Made by a program: the position numbers and the translations under genes
Notes under the pieces: model-generated
What the model was told of the DNA's origin: nothing
The model's database searches: none
The model's input: the letters and a program-made list of their open reading frames with translations, nothing else
Assembly (NCBI GenBank): GCA_964415115.1
Contig: CAYPYB010000005.1
Location: 53,827-117,826, forward strand
From: an uncultured Candidatus Pelagibacter sp.
Lineage (GTDB): Bacteria; Pseudomonadota; Alphaproteobacteria; Paracaedibacterales; CAIOTO01
Direction: 5' to 3'
DNA: 64,000 nucleotides
Shown here: positions 30,306-39,949 of the stretch, piece after piece
How the letters are laid out: every line of letters begins with the position of its first letter
How positions within the stretch are numbered: the first letter of the stretch is position 1

Positions 30306-30935
30306 TTATAATTCTATAAATATTTTATCAATAAAAGAGATCCCCTTATTAATACCATCCATATCAATGGAATGTTCTAATCCAGAAATAACATGCTGTT
30401 CAAAAGGTATAGAATATTTTTCTAAACTCTGAACAGATTTCACATGCTGCTCTATTGTTACAACCTGATCTTGATTACCATGAATTAAAAGAGATGGTAT
30501 GTTTTTCACAGGTTTTCCATATTCAAAAAAACCACCCGAATAAGATATAATTCCTGCGTAACTCACATCACCATATAAGCAATTTAAGGACATCATCCCA
30601 CCTTGTGAAAACCCGCCTACAATTGTATCTTCAGCAAGAATTTGGTGATCTTTTAAAACTGTATCTATTTGGTCGGCAAGGCTACTTCCTGAAAATTTTA
30701 AACCTTCTATAATTCCCTTTCCTTCAATATCAGGTAAAGGAAACCACTGAAATCCAAATTCATCATGTGGCCAGACGTTAGGCGCCTGTAACGCACAATA
30801 ATGATATTGCGGTCTTTTAATTTGAAAAACTTCCAAAATATTTACAATATTTTCAGCGTTAGAACCGTAGCCATGTAGGAAAAATATAATTTTATCATCG
30901 AGGAAAGTAGTATCTTTTTTTTTAAGGAAAAACAT
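30306..30935 (-). CDS. phospholipase/carboxylesterase-family alpha/beta hydrolase
   Basis: 209 aa with FLHGYGSN, the nucleophile elbow GFSQGG, and a late HG..D / GLEH arrangement. Confidence 0.8.
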   Translation of the reverse strand: MFFLKKKDTTFLDDKIIFFLHGYGSNAENIVNILEVFQIKRPQYHYCALQAPNVWPHDEFGFQWFPLPDIEGKGIIEGLKFSGSSLADQIDTVLKDHQILAEDTIVGGFSQGGMMSLNCLYGDVSYAGIISYSGGFFEYGKPVKNIPSLLIHGNQDQVVTIEQHVKSVQSLEKYSIPFEQHVISGLEHSIDMDGINKGISFIDKIFIEL

Positions 30936-31087
30936 CTTTAGAAACTTTATAAAAGCTGAGCATCTTACTTATAATTTTAGTAATATTTTAATAAAAATCA
31001 CAAGTAAGTTTATGGAGAATCGACTTTTAAAAATTTCCTTTGTAACTTTTATCAGACAAGAGTATTTTAAGATATAATTTATAAAAA

Positions 31088-32050
31088 ATGATAATCATGA
31101 CAAACGAATACCCCTCTAACTTATTCCAATTACGATTCAACGTACCTCACTGCTTAACAACAGAAATGGTGCAATACATTGAAAATATTGACCACCCATC
31201 TATTCAATCCATATGTTTTTTTGAAAATGAAGAATCTCCATCTCTTGAAATTACAGATGATAATGGTTTTCCTATTGCTTCCATCTTTTTTGTAGATCTT
31301 TATATCAACGACCAAAAGCAAGCAGAAAAAATTCAAATTCAAATTAATGAATTTTTAAAGCCCTTATGCCAAAACACTGAAGAGCTGAGCAAAATTTCGT
31401 CAAGTTTAATTGAGGTAGATAATACCAATTGGCTTGAAAAATGTTATATAGAAATGCCTGCGCAAACGATTGGTAAATTCTACGTTTTTGGCAGTCATAT
31501 CGAAGGTGACGCACCAAAAGACTCTATCCCCTTAGAAATTAATGCCGCCACAGCCTTTGGAAGTGGTGATCATCAATCTACATCTGGATGTCTGATGCTA
31601 ATCAGTAAAGTTTTAGAATCCAACGTTAATCCTGAAAAAATCCTAGATATGGGCTGCGGATCTGGAATATTGGGTATTGCATGCAAAAAAGCATGGCCTA
31701 ACTCACATGTTATCTTGGCAGATATTGAACATGAATCTGTTAAAGTTAGCGCCAACAACGCCATTCAAAACAAAGTTGACGTTGAGGTTTTTCATAGTGA
31801 AGGATTTTCTTCATCCAAGCAACTGGATCATACCTATAACATTATTATTGCCAATATCTTGGCAAAGCCCTTGTGTGAACTAGCCAAAGATTTTGAACAA
31901 AGATTAAGCGTTGATGGAACTGTCATATTGTCTGGACTTTTAACCCGTCAAAAAGATGAGGTATTAGAACATTATAACAAGCAAAATCTTATTCTTGTTG
32001 ATGAAATAATTATTAATGACTGGTCTAGTTTGATGCTAAAAAGGAAATAA
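31088..32050 (+). CDS. prmA: ribosomal protein L11 methyltransferase
   Basis: AFGSGDHQSTSGCL, the SAM motif ILDMGCGSGILGIA and IIANILA. Confidence 0.88.
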   Translation: MIIMTNEYPSNLFQLRFNVPHCLTTEMVQYIENIDHPSIQSICFFENEESPSLEITDDNGFPIASIFFVDLYINDQKQAEKIQIQINEFLKPLCQNTEELSKISSSLIEVDNTNWLEKCYIEMPAQTIGKFYVFGSHIEGDAPKDSIPLEINAATAFGSGDHQSTSGCLMLISKVLESNVNPEKILDMGCGSGILGIACKKAWPNSHVILADIEHESVKVSANNAIQNKVDVEVFHSEGFSSSKQLDHTYNIIIANILAKPLCELAKDFEQRLSVDGTVILSGLLTRQKDEVLEHYNKQNLILVDEIIINDWSSLMLKRK

Positions 32051-32059
32051 GTTCCAATT

Positions 32060-32758
32060 TTAGTTTCTTATCAAAAAATCTTGAATAGAATAGAGTTGCC
32101 CTGGCTTTTGATCCACAATCCATTTTGCAAGCGTTACAGCACCTTCACAAAATAATTGTCGGTCATCAGCTTCATGACGAACAGTAATGCGGTCGTAAGG
32201 ACCGAAAAAAGTAACCTCATGCACACCCTTCACATCTCCAATACGGGAGGCTTGAATATGAGGAGGATTTGAACACCCATCAACACAAGCTTGAACTAAC
32301 ATTTTTGCTGTTCCTGAAGGTGAATCAATTTTGTTTTTATGATGCACTTCTGAAATTAAAATCTCATAATTTTTCCCAAGAATCATCGATGCATTCTTAG
32401 CAAATTGACATATCAAACCAATTGACAAACTGGTATTAGAGGTCTGTATAATGGGTGAAGTAATTGCAAATTCGTGAAGTTCTTCCCACTGATATTGAGA
32501 AAAACCTGTTGTCCCAATCATCATTGGCATACTTATTTTTTTTTCTTTCAACAGTTTTACCAGTTGAAGAGTAGCCTGGGGCAGTGAAAAATCTATAATG
32601 ACATCAACGTCTTCAAGAGATAAGCCTTTATCTATAAGTTGTTGACGCGAAATATTTTGAACAATAAACAATTGTTCATCCTTTTCTAACAATTTTATAA
32701 TACCAGATCCAATGCGACCTGATGATCCCAGTAGTCCAATTTTAAGCACTTTTTTCAT
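32060..32758 (-). CDS. dapB: 4-hydroxy-tetrahydrodipicolinate reductase
   Basis: An N-terminal GSSGRIG Rossmann motif and the signature EVHHKNKIDSPSGTA. Confidence 0.9.
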   Translation of the reverse strand: MKKVLKIGLLGSSGRIGSGIIKLLEKDEQLFIVQNISRQQLIDKGLSLEDVDVIIDFSLPQATLQLVKLLKEKKISMPMMIGTTGFSQYQWEELHEFAITSPIIQTSNTSLSIGLICQFAKNASMILGKNYEILISEVHHKNKIDSPSGTAKMLVQACVDGCSNPPHIQASRIGDVKGVHEVTFFGPYDRITVRHEADDRQLFCEGAVTLAKWIVDQKPGQLYSIQDFLIRN

Positions 32759-33359
32759 ACATAATATCGCCCTTAGATACTGAATATGTCCATACCGTTG
32801 CTGGAGGAATATTTTTCATCACAACACCTGCACATCGTCCCTGAAGGCCCATTTTTTTATAACGAATAGGTGAAAAGAATCCGTAGGTGAACTGGATAAT
32901 TGATCCATCTTTGGACAATACTTTTGTAAAAACTTGAAACAGTTGCTTTCTTATCTTAACCGATAAATTAACAAGAGGAATGCCTGAAATAATGCTATCG
33001 ACTTCACAAACTTGTAATGTGCGTAAAACACTTTCTAAATCCAAAGCATTAGCTTGGATAATATTCAGTTGAGGGAATTTTTTTCTTAAATAAGAGCATA
33101 ATTCTAAATCAAGTTCTATGACAATTAAACGTTGGGGATCAATCCCTGAATTAATAAGCGTTTCTGTAAATCGACCTGTTCCTGCACCCACTTCGACTAT
33201 AAATCCAGAACCTGTTGCATCAACACATTCAATAACTTTATCAGCCAACCCTTGTGAGCTAGGTGCTACAGCACCCAAACGACGTGGGTTTTTAAACATC
33301 TTTTTAAAAAATAAAAAATGTTCGTTTTCTTTAATTCGTTCAAAAATGTCTATACCCAT
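32742..33359 (-). CDS. class I SAM methyltransferase, COG3963 / phospholipid N-methyltransferase (PmtA)-like
   Basis: The N-terminus FFKKMFKNPRRLGAVAPSSQGLA matches the COG3963 hallmark as I recall it. It is followed by VEVGAGTGRFT. The gene overlaps the dapB start by 17 nt. Confidence 0.6.
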   Translation of the reverse strand: MGIDIFERIKENEHFLFFKKMFKNPRRLGAVAPSSQGLADKVIECVDATGSGFIVEVGAGTGRFTETLINSGIDPQRLIVIELDLELCSYLRKKFPQLNIIQANALDLESVLRTLQVCEVDSIISGIPLVNLSVKIRKQLFQVFTKVLSKDGSIIQFTYGFFSPIRYKKMGLQGRCAGVVMKNIPPATVWTYSVSKGDIMYEKSA

Positions 33360-33448
33360 AGAAAATGTATACGCATATAAAATTGATCTTTTATTTTATC
33401 AATGAACCTATACTTTACATTGTAAAACAAACACCATTCAAAGACAAA

Positions 33449-34609
33449 CTAAATCAGTTTTTTAAAAAAATTTAACAAATCAAGTCTCTCCCAAGAAAAA
33501 TAATTTTGCTCTGCTATTCGACCAAAATGCCCGTAACACGCCGATCTTTGGTAAATGGGACAATTTAAATTCAGGTGTGTTCTCATTCCGTAAGGTGATA
33601 AATCTAAATTTTTTAAAATATAATTTAAAACAATTTCTTCTGGGACATAACCTTGATCACAAAAATCTAAAAACACAGAAACAGGTTGAGCTATACCTAT
33701 GGCATAAGATAATTGCACCAAACATTTGTTAGCTAATCCTGAAGCAACAATATTTTTAGCTAAATACCTAGTATAATATGCAGCTGAACGATCAACCTTT
33801 GTGGGGTCTTTTCCTGAAAAAGCACCACCTCCATGGGGGGCGTATCCGCCATAGGTATCAACTATAATCTTGCGTCCTGTCAGACCACAATCGGCATCAG
33901 GCCCACCTTTTACAAATCGACCTGTCGGATTAATCAGAAATTCTGCTTGATCAGTCCATCCCTTTGGCAAAGTATGTCGAATCATGGGAATGACTTTTGA
34001 TTTTAAGTTCTCTAATGTAAAATCTTGGTGGTGCTGTGTTGACAAAACAATTTTAGATGCACGAATGGGTAAACCATTTTCATATTCTAAAGTTACCTGA
34101 GTCTTGGCATCAGGCCCTAGTTCGTCTTTTAATTTTGAGGATCTTAAATGCTCAAGATTCATTAAAATTTGATGTGACCAAAACAATGCAGCAGGCATAT
34201 ACGTTTCCGTTTCCTTGCACGCAAAGCCAAACATCATGCCTTGATCACCGGCACCTTCATCTTGGGGGCATTCCTTATCTAAACCTAGTGAAATGTCTTC
34301 TGACTGTGCATGTAAAAGATTTTCAATTTTTAAGTTTTCATAATAAAAACCTTCGTGGCGATAATCTAGATCTTGAACCAATTGCCTAATCAAATGATCA
34401 ACAGTTTGATCATCTAAATGATATATACTTTTGATTTCACCCGCGACAACAACACGATTGGTAGTAGCTAGCACTTCTATTCCTGTGCGTGCATCAGGAT
34501 CACGTGTTAAAACATGATCCAAAAGCATATCTGATATTTGATCACACAATTTATCAGGATGGCCTTTAGCAACAGATTCACTCGTAAAACAAAAATTTCT
34601 ACTCTTCAT
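33449..34609 (-). CDS. metK: S-adenosylmethionine synthetase
   Basis: FTSESVAKGHPDK, GAGDQGMMFGFA and GGGAFSGKDPTKVDRSAAY. Confidence 0.96.
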   Translation of the reverse strand: MKSRNFCFTSESVAKGHPDKLCDQISDMLLDHVLTRDPDARTGIEVLATTNRVVVAGEIKSIYHLDDQTVDHLIRQLVQDLDYRHEGFYYENLKIENLLHAQSEDISLGLDKECPQDEGAGDQGMMFGFACKETETYMPAALFWSHQILMNLEHLRSSKLKDELGPDAKTQVTLEYENGLPIRASKIVLSTQHHQDFTLENLKSKVIPMIRHTLPKGWTDQAEFLINPTGRFVKGGPDADCGLTGRKIIVDTYGGYAPHGGGAFSGKDPTKVDRSAAYYTRYLAKNIVASGLANKCLVQLSYAIGIAQPVSVFLDFCDQGYVPEEIVLNYILKNLDLSPYGMRTHLNLNCPIYQRSACYGHFGRIAEQNYFSWERLDLLNFFKKLI

Positions 34610-36137
34610 TTTTATTTCCTTTATATATAGGCGATTTATTAATCTTCATAAATATTTTACTATAGGCTTGATTGATGGTCAAAATATAAGGACTAGGATG
34701 AAATCCAACTATAATAATGATAAAACACAAAACAAAAAGCATGATCCGTTTAATATTATTATTTTCAAAGATATTTTTATCTTTTTTTAATGCAACATCG
34801 CTTTCTAGCAATAATTTTATTTTTTTACTTAATTCTCCATAGAAAATATTTTTATTCAGGTTCAGCATATACACAGAACCTAAGACAATCCCTGGAAGTA
34901 CTAAAAAAGAATAAGGTATATATAAAGGAATAATTCCCATAAGAATCAAGAATTCGCCAACAAAACCAAATGTACCAGGAACACCTATTGCACCTAATGA
35001 AATAATAAAAAAACAAACGGATAGATAAGGCATTAATGCATTTAATCCTCCATAAAATTTAATTTCCCTGGATTTAAATTTGTCATAAATAATTCCTATG
35101 CAAAAAAACAATGCAGCAGAAATAATGCCATGCGACAACATTTGCATAACAGCACCAGTGTAGCCTTTACGAGTAAAGCTAAAAATACCAAGGATTACAA
35201 ACGCCATGTGAGCAATGGAAGAATAGGCTATCATTTTCTTCATATCTTCTTGGACTAAAGCAACCATTGAAGAGTAGATAACGCCTATAATCCCTAACCC
35301 TATAACATAAGGTGCAAAAATGATTGAAGCATCAGGTAATAGTGGAAGGACTAGTCTTAAAAAACCATATGCACCCAATTTTAATAATATTCCTGCCAAA
35401 AACATTGAACCCGCTGTAGGAGCTTCGGTATGCACTAAGGGAAGCCATGTATGCAAAGGAAAAATTGGAATTTTAATGGCAAAGGCTATAAATAAAGCAA
35501 CAAACAAAACAATTTGAACTTCGACGCTGAAGTGATAATTATAAATATCGAGAATATTCGTTGTCAAAACATGATTGTATATTTTGACAAAAGCAAACAA
35601 CATAAACAAAGATCCAAATAAGGTATAAATGAAAAATCTAAATGCTGCTTTTAGCTTCAATTCACCGCCCCAAATACCGATAATAATAAACATTGGGATT
35701 AAGACCGATTCAAAGAAAACATAAAATAATAGAATATCTAATGCACAAAAGCAGCCCGTTGAAAAACTTTGTAAAAACAAAAAGCAAACCACATACTCTT
35801 TAATTTTTTCAATCTTCATAATATACAGGCATAATATCGAAAACAAACTTATGAAAGATACCAGTATCACAAAATATATGGAAAGACTGTCCACACCTAA
35901 ATGAAAAGATGTTTTAAAAAATTTGATCCATTCATACTTTTCTACAAACTGGAAATCACCATACGAATTTTCAAAATTAAAATAGAGGTAAATTGAAACT
36001 AACAAACTTGCGAACGACGAGCACAGCCCAATATTTCTTGCATTCTTGGAGTTTTGCGAATCAGAAAGAATAACAAATAAACTTGAAAATAAGGGTAAGA
36101 GAATCAAAATAGATAAATAGGGAAAAACAACCTTCAT
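34599..36137 (-). CDS. nuoM: NADH-quinone oxidoreductase subunit M
   Basis: 512-aa polytopic protein with LHTWLPLVHTEAPTAGSMFLAGILLKLGAYGFLR. It lies directly after nuoL. Confidence 0.88.
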   Translation of the reverse strand: MKVVFPYLSILILLPLFSSLFVILSDSQNSKNARNIGLCSSFASLLVSIYLYFNFENSYGDFQFVEKYEWIKFFKTSFHLGVDSLSIYFVILVSFISLFSILCLYIMKIEKIKEYVVCFLFLQSFSTGCFCALDILLFYVFFESVLIPMFIIIGIWGGELKLKAAFRFFIYTLFGSLFMLFAFVKIYNHVLTTNILDIYNYHFSVEVQIVLFVALFIAFAIKIPIFPLHTWLPLVHTEAPTAGSMFLAGILLKLGAYGFLRLVLPLLPDASIIFAPYVIGLGIIGVIYSSMVALVQEDMKKMIAYSSIAHMAFVILGIFSFTRKGYTGAVMQMLSHGIISAALFFCIGIIYDKFKSREIKFYGGLNALMPYLSVCFFIISLGAIGVPGTFGFVGEFLILMGIIPLYIPYSFLVLPGIVLGSVYMLNLNKNIFYGELSKKIKLLLESDVALKKDKNIFENNNIKRIMLFVLCFIIIIVGFHPSPYILTINQAYSKIFMKINKSPIYKGNKNEE

Positions 36138-36145
36138 TTATGTTT

Positions 36146-38071
36146 TTATCCTTTGCTAGTAAAATGATGAATGAACAAGAAATAGGATAACACTAGAATA
36201 AAGAAAAAAAGGAGTAATCCCGATAAATAAACACTAATTTTCCTTGTTTCTAACGTACTATTTTTATGACCTAATCCTTTTGAAATTCTTGCCATCAACT
36301 CAGGACCCCACCAATCAATTCCTTGATCACACCTGTTTGCAAACCATAGGCTTAAGAACATAAAAGGTTTCATAAAAATGATTTGATATAATTTATCAAT
36401 GTAAAATTGATTTTCTAGAATATCTTTGATCTTCAATGAAATGGGGTGCTTCTTCATACTTACAAACAGATCAAGATTCTTCGAGAGGTATACGTAATAA
36501 CCAATAACAGCAGCTACAATTGCTTTACTGAGCAAAGCATAGATAAAAATTTTGCTATGGCTATGTTCCTTAAAATGCGATGCAATACTATCCCCCCATA
36601 AAGAACCTGTTGTGAAAAATGAGTTCGTCGCCTTTCCGAGTATCAAGCTAAAAAATGCCAAAATCATCATTGGTATAATCATAAATAGTGAAGGTTCATG
36701 AATATGGGCTGCAACTTTACCATAAGTGCGTGATTCACCGTAAAAAACAACGTAAAGCATTCGAACATTATAAAGTGTGGTTAAAGCCACAGATAAAAAG
36801 AAAGCAAAAAACAAGTAAGAGTTTTTTGATAAATAAAATGCTTTTAATAATTCTTCCTTAGAATAATAACCAGACGTAATGAAAGGTACGCCAATAATTG
36901 ACAACACACCAATCAGCATCATAGCATGTGTATAAGGGATTTTTTTCCAAAGCTCACCCATATTTCTAATATCTTGATCACCAGACATGGAATGAATAAC
37001 AGATCCGGCTGATAAAAATAAAAGTGCTTTAAAAAAAGCGTGCATCACTAAATGATATAGTGCAATTTGGTAAGCACCCAAACCGCAAGCACAAACCATT
37101 AATCCAAGCTGACTGCATGTAGAAAAAGCAATAATTTTTTTGATATCATTTTGCTTGGTTGCAATTAAACCCGCAAATATACTCGTAATCATCCCAAGCC
37201 ATGCTAAAAAATTTTGGATTCCAGAAGCATCAATAAAAAGATAATTTAAACGTATCAAAAGAAACACACCAGCTGTGACCATAGTGGCAGCATGCAACAA
37301 AGCAGATACAGGTGTTGGACCTTCCATCGCATCAGACAGCCAAGTATGCAACCCTATTTGAACAGATTTAGCCATGACGGCAATAATAATACCCATACAT
37401 ATGATGTGAATATCGACATAATTATGAAGAGAAGAGACCTGCAAATGGGAGAAAGTCAATAAAGTTTGAAGCGATGAAAAATCAAATATGCGAAAACGAT
37501 CATAGATTAAAGCAAGGGCAATAATAAACCCCGCATCCCCTATTCTATTCATGACAAAAGCTTTTATGGATGCCAGATTTGCCGAATCTTTATAGGACCA
37601 AAAACCTATGAGCAGAAACGACGCCAATCCAATCCCTTCCCACCCAAAAAACAGCTGAACTAAATTAGAAGATGAAACGAGAACTAGCATTGTCATCGTA
37701 AAAAACGATAATTGCGCTAAAAACTTGCCTTGATTTTCATCATGTTTCATATATTCAATGGAATAAATGTGCACTAAAAATGAAATGACGTTAATAACCA
37801 AAATCATAATAAGAGACAAAATATCGATACGAATATCCCATTTAATAGAAAATCTTCCTATATAAATCCAATCGAACAAATTAAAAGAATAAACCGAATG
37901 AATATTTCCAAAATAAAAAGCGAGCAAGAAAGAAGATATTACAGCGCAGCCCATAAAAAAATTACTAACAAGGCAAGCTGCATTTTTATACCTTCTTAAA
38001 AAATAAGTTGTCAGAAAACCTATCAATGGTGCATATATTGAAATTAAAGCACAATCAAAAAAAAATGTCAT
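36146..38071 (-). CDS. nuoL: NADH-quinone oxidoreductase subunit L
   Basis: 641 aa with FFGWEGIGLASFLLIGFW and HTWLSDAMEGPTPVSALLHAATMVTAGVFLL. Confidence 0.93.
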   Translation of the reverse strand: MTFFFDCALISIYAPLIGFLTTYFLRRYKNAACLVSNFFMGCAVISSFLLAFYFGNIHSVYSFNLFDWIYIGRFSIKWDIRIDILSLIMILVINVISFLVHIYSIEYMKHDENQGKFLAQLSFFTMTMLVLVSSSNLVQLFFGWEGIGLASFLLIGFWSYKDSANLASIKAFVMNRIGDAGFIIALALIYDRFRIFDFSSLQTLLTFSHLQVSSLHNYVDIHIICMGIIIAVMAKSVQIGLHTWLSDAMEGPTPVSALLHAATMVTAGVFLLIRLNYLFIDASGIQNFLAWLGMITSIFAGLIATKQNDIKKIIAFSTCSQLGLMVCACGLGAYQIALYHLVMHAFFKALLFLSAGSVIHSMSGDQDIRNMGELWKKIPYTHAMMLIGVLSIIGVPFITSGYYSKEELLKAFYLSKNSYLFFAFFLSVALTTLYNVRMLYVVFYGESRTYGKVAAHIHEPSLFMIIPMMILAFFSLILGKATNSFFTTGSLWGDSIASHFKEHSHSKIFIYALLSKAIVAAVIGYYVYLSKNLDLFVSMKKHPISLKIKDILENQFYIDKLYQIIFMKPFMFLSLWFANRCDQGIDWWGPELMARISKGLGHKNSTLETRKISVYLSGLLLFFFILVLSYFLFIHHFTSKG

Positions 38072-38082
38072 AAATATCCTTC

Positions 38083-38445
38083 TTAAGATTGTTTTGCTTT
38101 ATTTTGTTGAAAAAGGATAGATTCTTGATCGTCAAGATCTTCTTCTCCATCTTCTAAAACAGTACTGTCATACTGACGATAGAATAGGATGATCAGTGAT
38201 ATACCAATTGCCACTTCTGCTGCAGCTGTTGTTAGAATAAAAATTGAAAAAATTTGGCCGTTCAAATCTTTTAAGATATTTGAAAAAATAATGCAATTTA
38301 AATTCGTTGCCAAAAGCATAATTTCAAGGCTCATGAGGATTCCTATCATGCTCTTTCTATGACGCAGAATACCAATGAGCCCTATAAAGAAAAGCATACT
38401 TGAAAATGAAACTAAAAATGAAAACTCTGTGGTAACTTGTTCCAT
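38083..38445 (-). CDS. nuoK: NADH-quinone oxidoreductase subunit K (with an acidic C-terminal extension)
   Basis: GILMSLEIMLLATNL and LTTAAAEVAIGISLI. About 20 extra residues at the C-terminus read EDGEEDLDDQES. Confidence 0.9.
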   Translation of the reverse strand: MEQVTTEFSFLVSFSSMLFFIGLIGILRHRKSMIGILMSLEIMLLATNLNCIIFSNILKDLNGQIFSIFILTTAAAEVAIGISLIILFYRQYDSTVLEDGEEDLDDQESILFQQNKAKQS

Positions 38446-38447
38446 AC

Positions 38448-39143
38448 CTACTCTTTTCCAATAATCTGTATATCTTTCAATCCCGCATTATTTTTTGGAT
38501 TAACAAGAATAATTTTTCTGGTCGAAGGATGAGCTGATTTCTTTTTATGAACCTCGATTTTGGGATCATTTTTCTTTCGGTGACAATCAAAAATAAGAAC
38601 AATACAACCAATCATGGCAGCTAACAAAATGAAACCAGATATTTGAAAAGGTAGAACACAGTCTGTATATAAAATATTTCCAATGGACTGCACATTGCTA
38701 AATTCTTTGTGTCTTGGAAAAGCAATCATATCCCAAGCTTTTTCAGAAGGTTTAAAGGAATAAGAAATAAAACCCACGCCCACCAAACAAAAAGAAAAGA
38801 AAAAGTTTTTTAAAAAAGTTATTTTTAAAGATTCGTGTTCTTTTATTTTTTTCACATCTTCATCGTGGAAAAGCATGACAACAAAAAGAATAAGAACTAT
38901 GATTGCACCAATGTAAGCGATTAAAAGCATAAAACCCAAAAAATCATTATTTTGAGAAATACATAAAAAAGAAGCAAACAAAAACGTCATAATCAGACTT
39001 AATGCTGAATACATCATATTTCTATTCAGCACCACAAATAGTGCTGATATAAGGCAAAAAATTGAAATCAGATAAATCAACTTTAAAAACACATCTCTAT
39101 TTTCTATAATTAAGTTTATCATAGGTGAAAAAACTAAAAACAT
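38448..39143 (-). CDS. nuoJ: NADH-quinone oxidoreductase subunit J
   Basis: ALFVVLNRNMMYSALSLIMTF and LLIAYIGAIIVLILFVVML. It is the first gene of the local nuoJKLM block. Confidence 0.88.
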   Translation of the reverse strand: MFLVFSPMINLIIENRDVFLKLIYLISIFCLISALFVVLNRNMMYSALSLIMTFLFASFLCISQNNDFLGFMLLIAYIGAIIVLILFVVMLFHDEDVKKIKEHESLKITFLKNFFFSFCLVGVGFISYSFKPSEKAWDMIAFPRHKEFSNVQSIGNILYTDCVLPFQISGFILLAAMIGCIVLIFDCHRKKNDPKIEVHKKKSAHPSTRKIILVNPKNNAGLKDIQIIGKE

Positions 39144-39203
39144 TTTTCATCTTAGTAATTTTATTTTTAATTAAATTGAGTGCTAATTTAATACAATGTT
39201 TCA

Positions 39204-39944
39204 ATGGGGTCTCTGATGAACCAAACCTACTCACAAAAACAAGAAGAACTTTTTGATAGCTTATCGAATGAATGGTGGAATCCTAAAGGTTCATTTTTGC
39301 TACTGCATACCATGAATCCTTTACGCATTGAATTTATTCTTAAACAAATAGGAAGTTTAGAAGGGCTAAAAGTTCTTGATATAGGTTGTGGTGGTGGAAT
39401 TTTATCAGAACCTCTTGCAAGATTGGGTGCTTTAGTGACTGGAATAGATTTTTCTAAAGAAGCCATTCAAGTTGCAAAAAAACGAGCCTCAGACCAACAT
39501 TTGAATATTCAATACCTTCACGTTCAACCCCAGTGGATGGAAAACAACGACTATTTTGAGCAATACGATCTTGTCATAGCTTCTGAAATTATAGAACACG
39601 TTGAAAATCCATCTGTGTTTATGGAACAATGCCTTAGCTTTCTAAATCCTTTAAAAAATAAAGGCCTCATTCTATCAACCCTCAATAGAACACCTTCTTC
39701 CTATTTAGGCGCAATAATAGGTGCAGAATATATTTTAAAATGGGTTCCCATTGCAACGCATTCGTGGGGACAATTCTTAAAACCCAGTGAGATTGAACAA
39801 TTCACACAAAATTATAATCAAAAAAATAGCACACATTATCAATGGAATAAAATCTCAGGTTTGAAGCTGAACCCATTATCAAAGAAATGGTCCTTCAGCA
39901 ACAACGTAAACATCAATTATATAGGCCACATTATTCAAAAATAA
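39204..39944 (+). CDS. ubiG: ubiquinone biosynthesis O-methyltransferase
   Basis: WWNPKGSFLLLHTMNPLRIEFI, VLDIGCGGGILSEPLARLGALVTGIDFS, ASEIIEHV and GAEYILKWVPIATHSW align with E. coli UbiG as I recall it. Confidence 0.92.
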   Translation: MGSLMNQTYSQKQEELFDSLSNEWWNPKGSFLLLHTMNPLRIEFILKQIGSLEGLKVLDIGCGGGILSEPLARLGALVTGIDFSKEAIQVAKKRASDQHLNIQYLHVQPQWMENNDYFEQYDLVIASEIIEHVENPSVFMEQCLSFLNPLKNKGLILSTLNRTPSSYLGAIIGAEYILKWVPIATHSWGQFLKPSEIEQFTQNYNQKNSTHYQWNKISGLKLNPLSKKWSFSNNVNINYIGHIIQK

Positions 39945-39949
39945 ATTTC

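Noticed and set aside
39152-39186. CIRCE-like element (GAGTGCTAA at 39178-39186), considered because hrcA is in the window
   Set aside because: The putative left arm is TTAGTAATT (6/9 match to TTAGCACTC), and it lies 17 nt away instead of the required 9. The site sits between nuoJ and ubiG rather than upstream of a chaperone gene.
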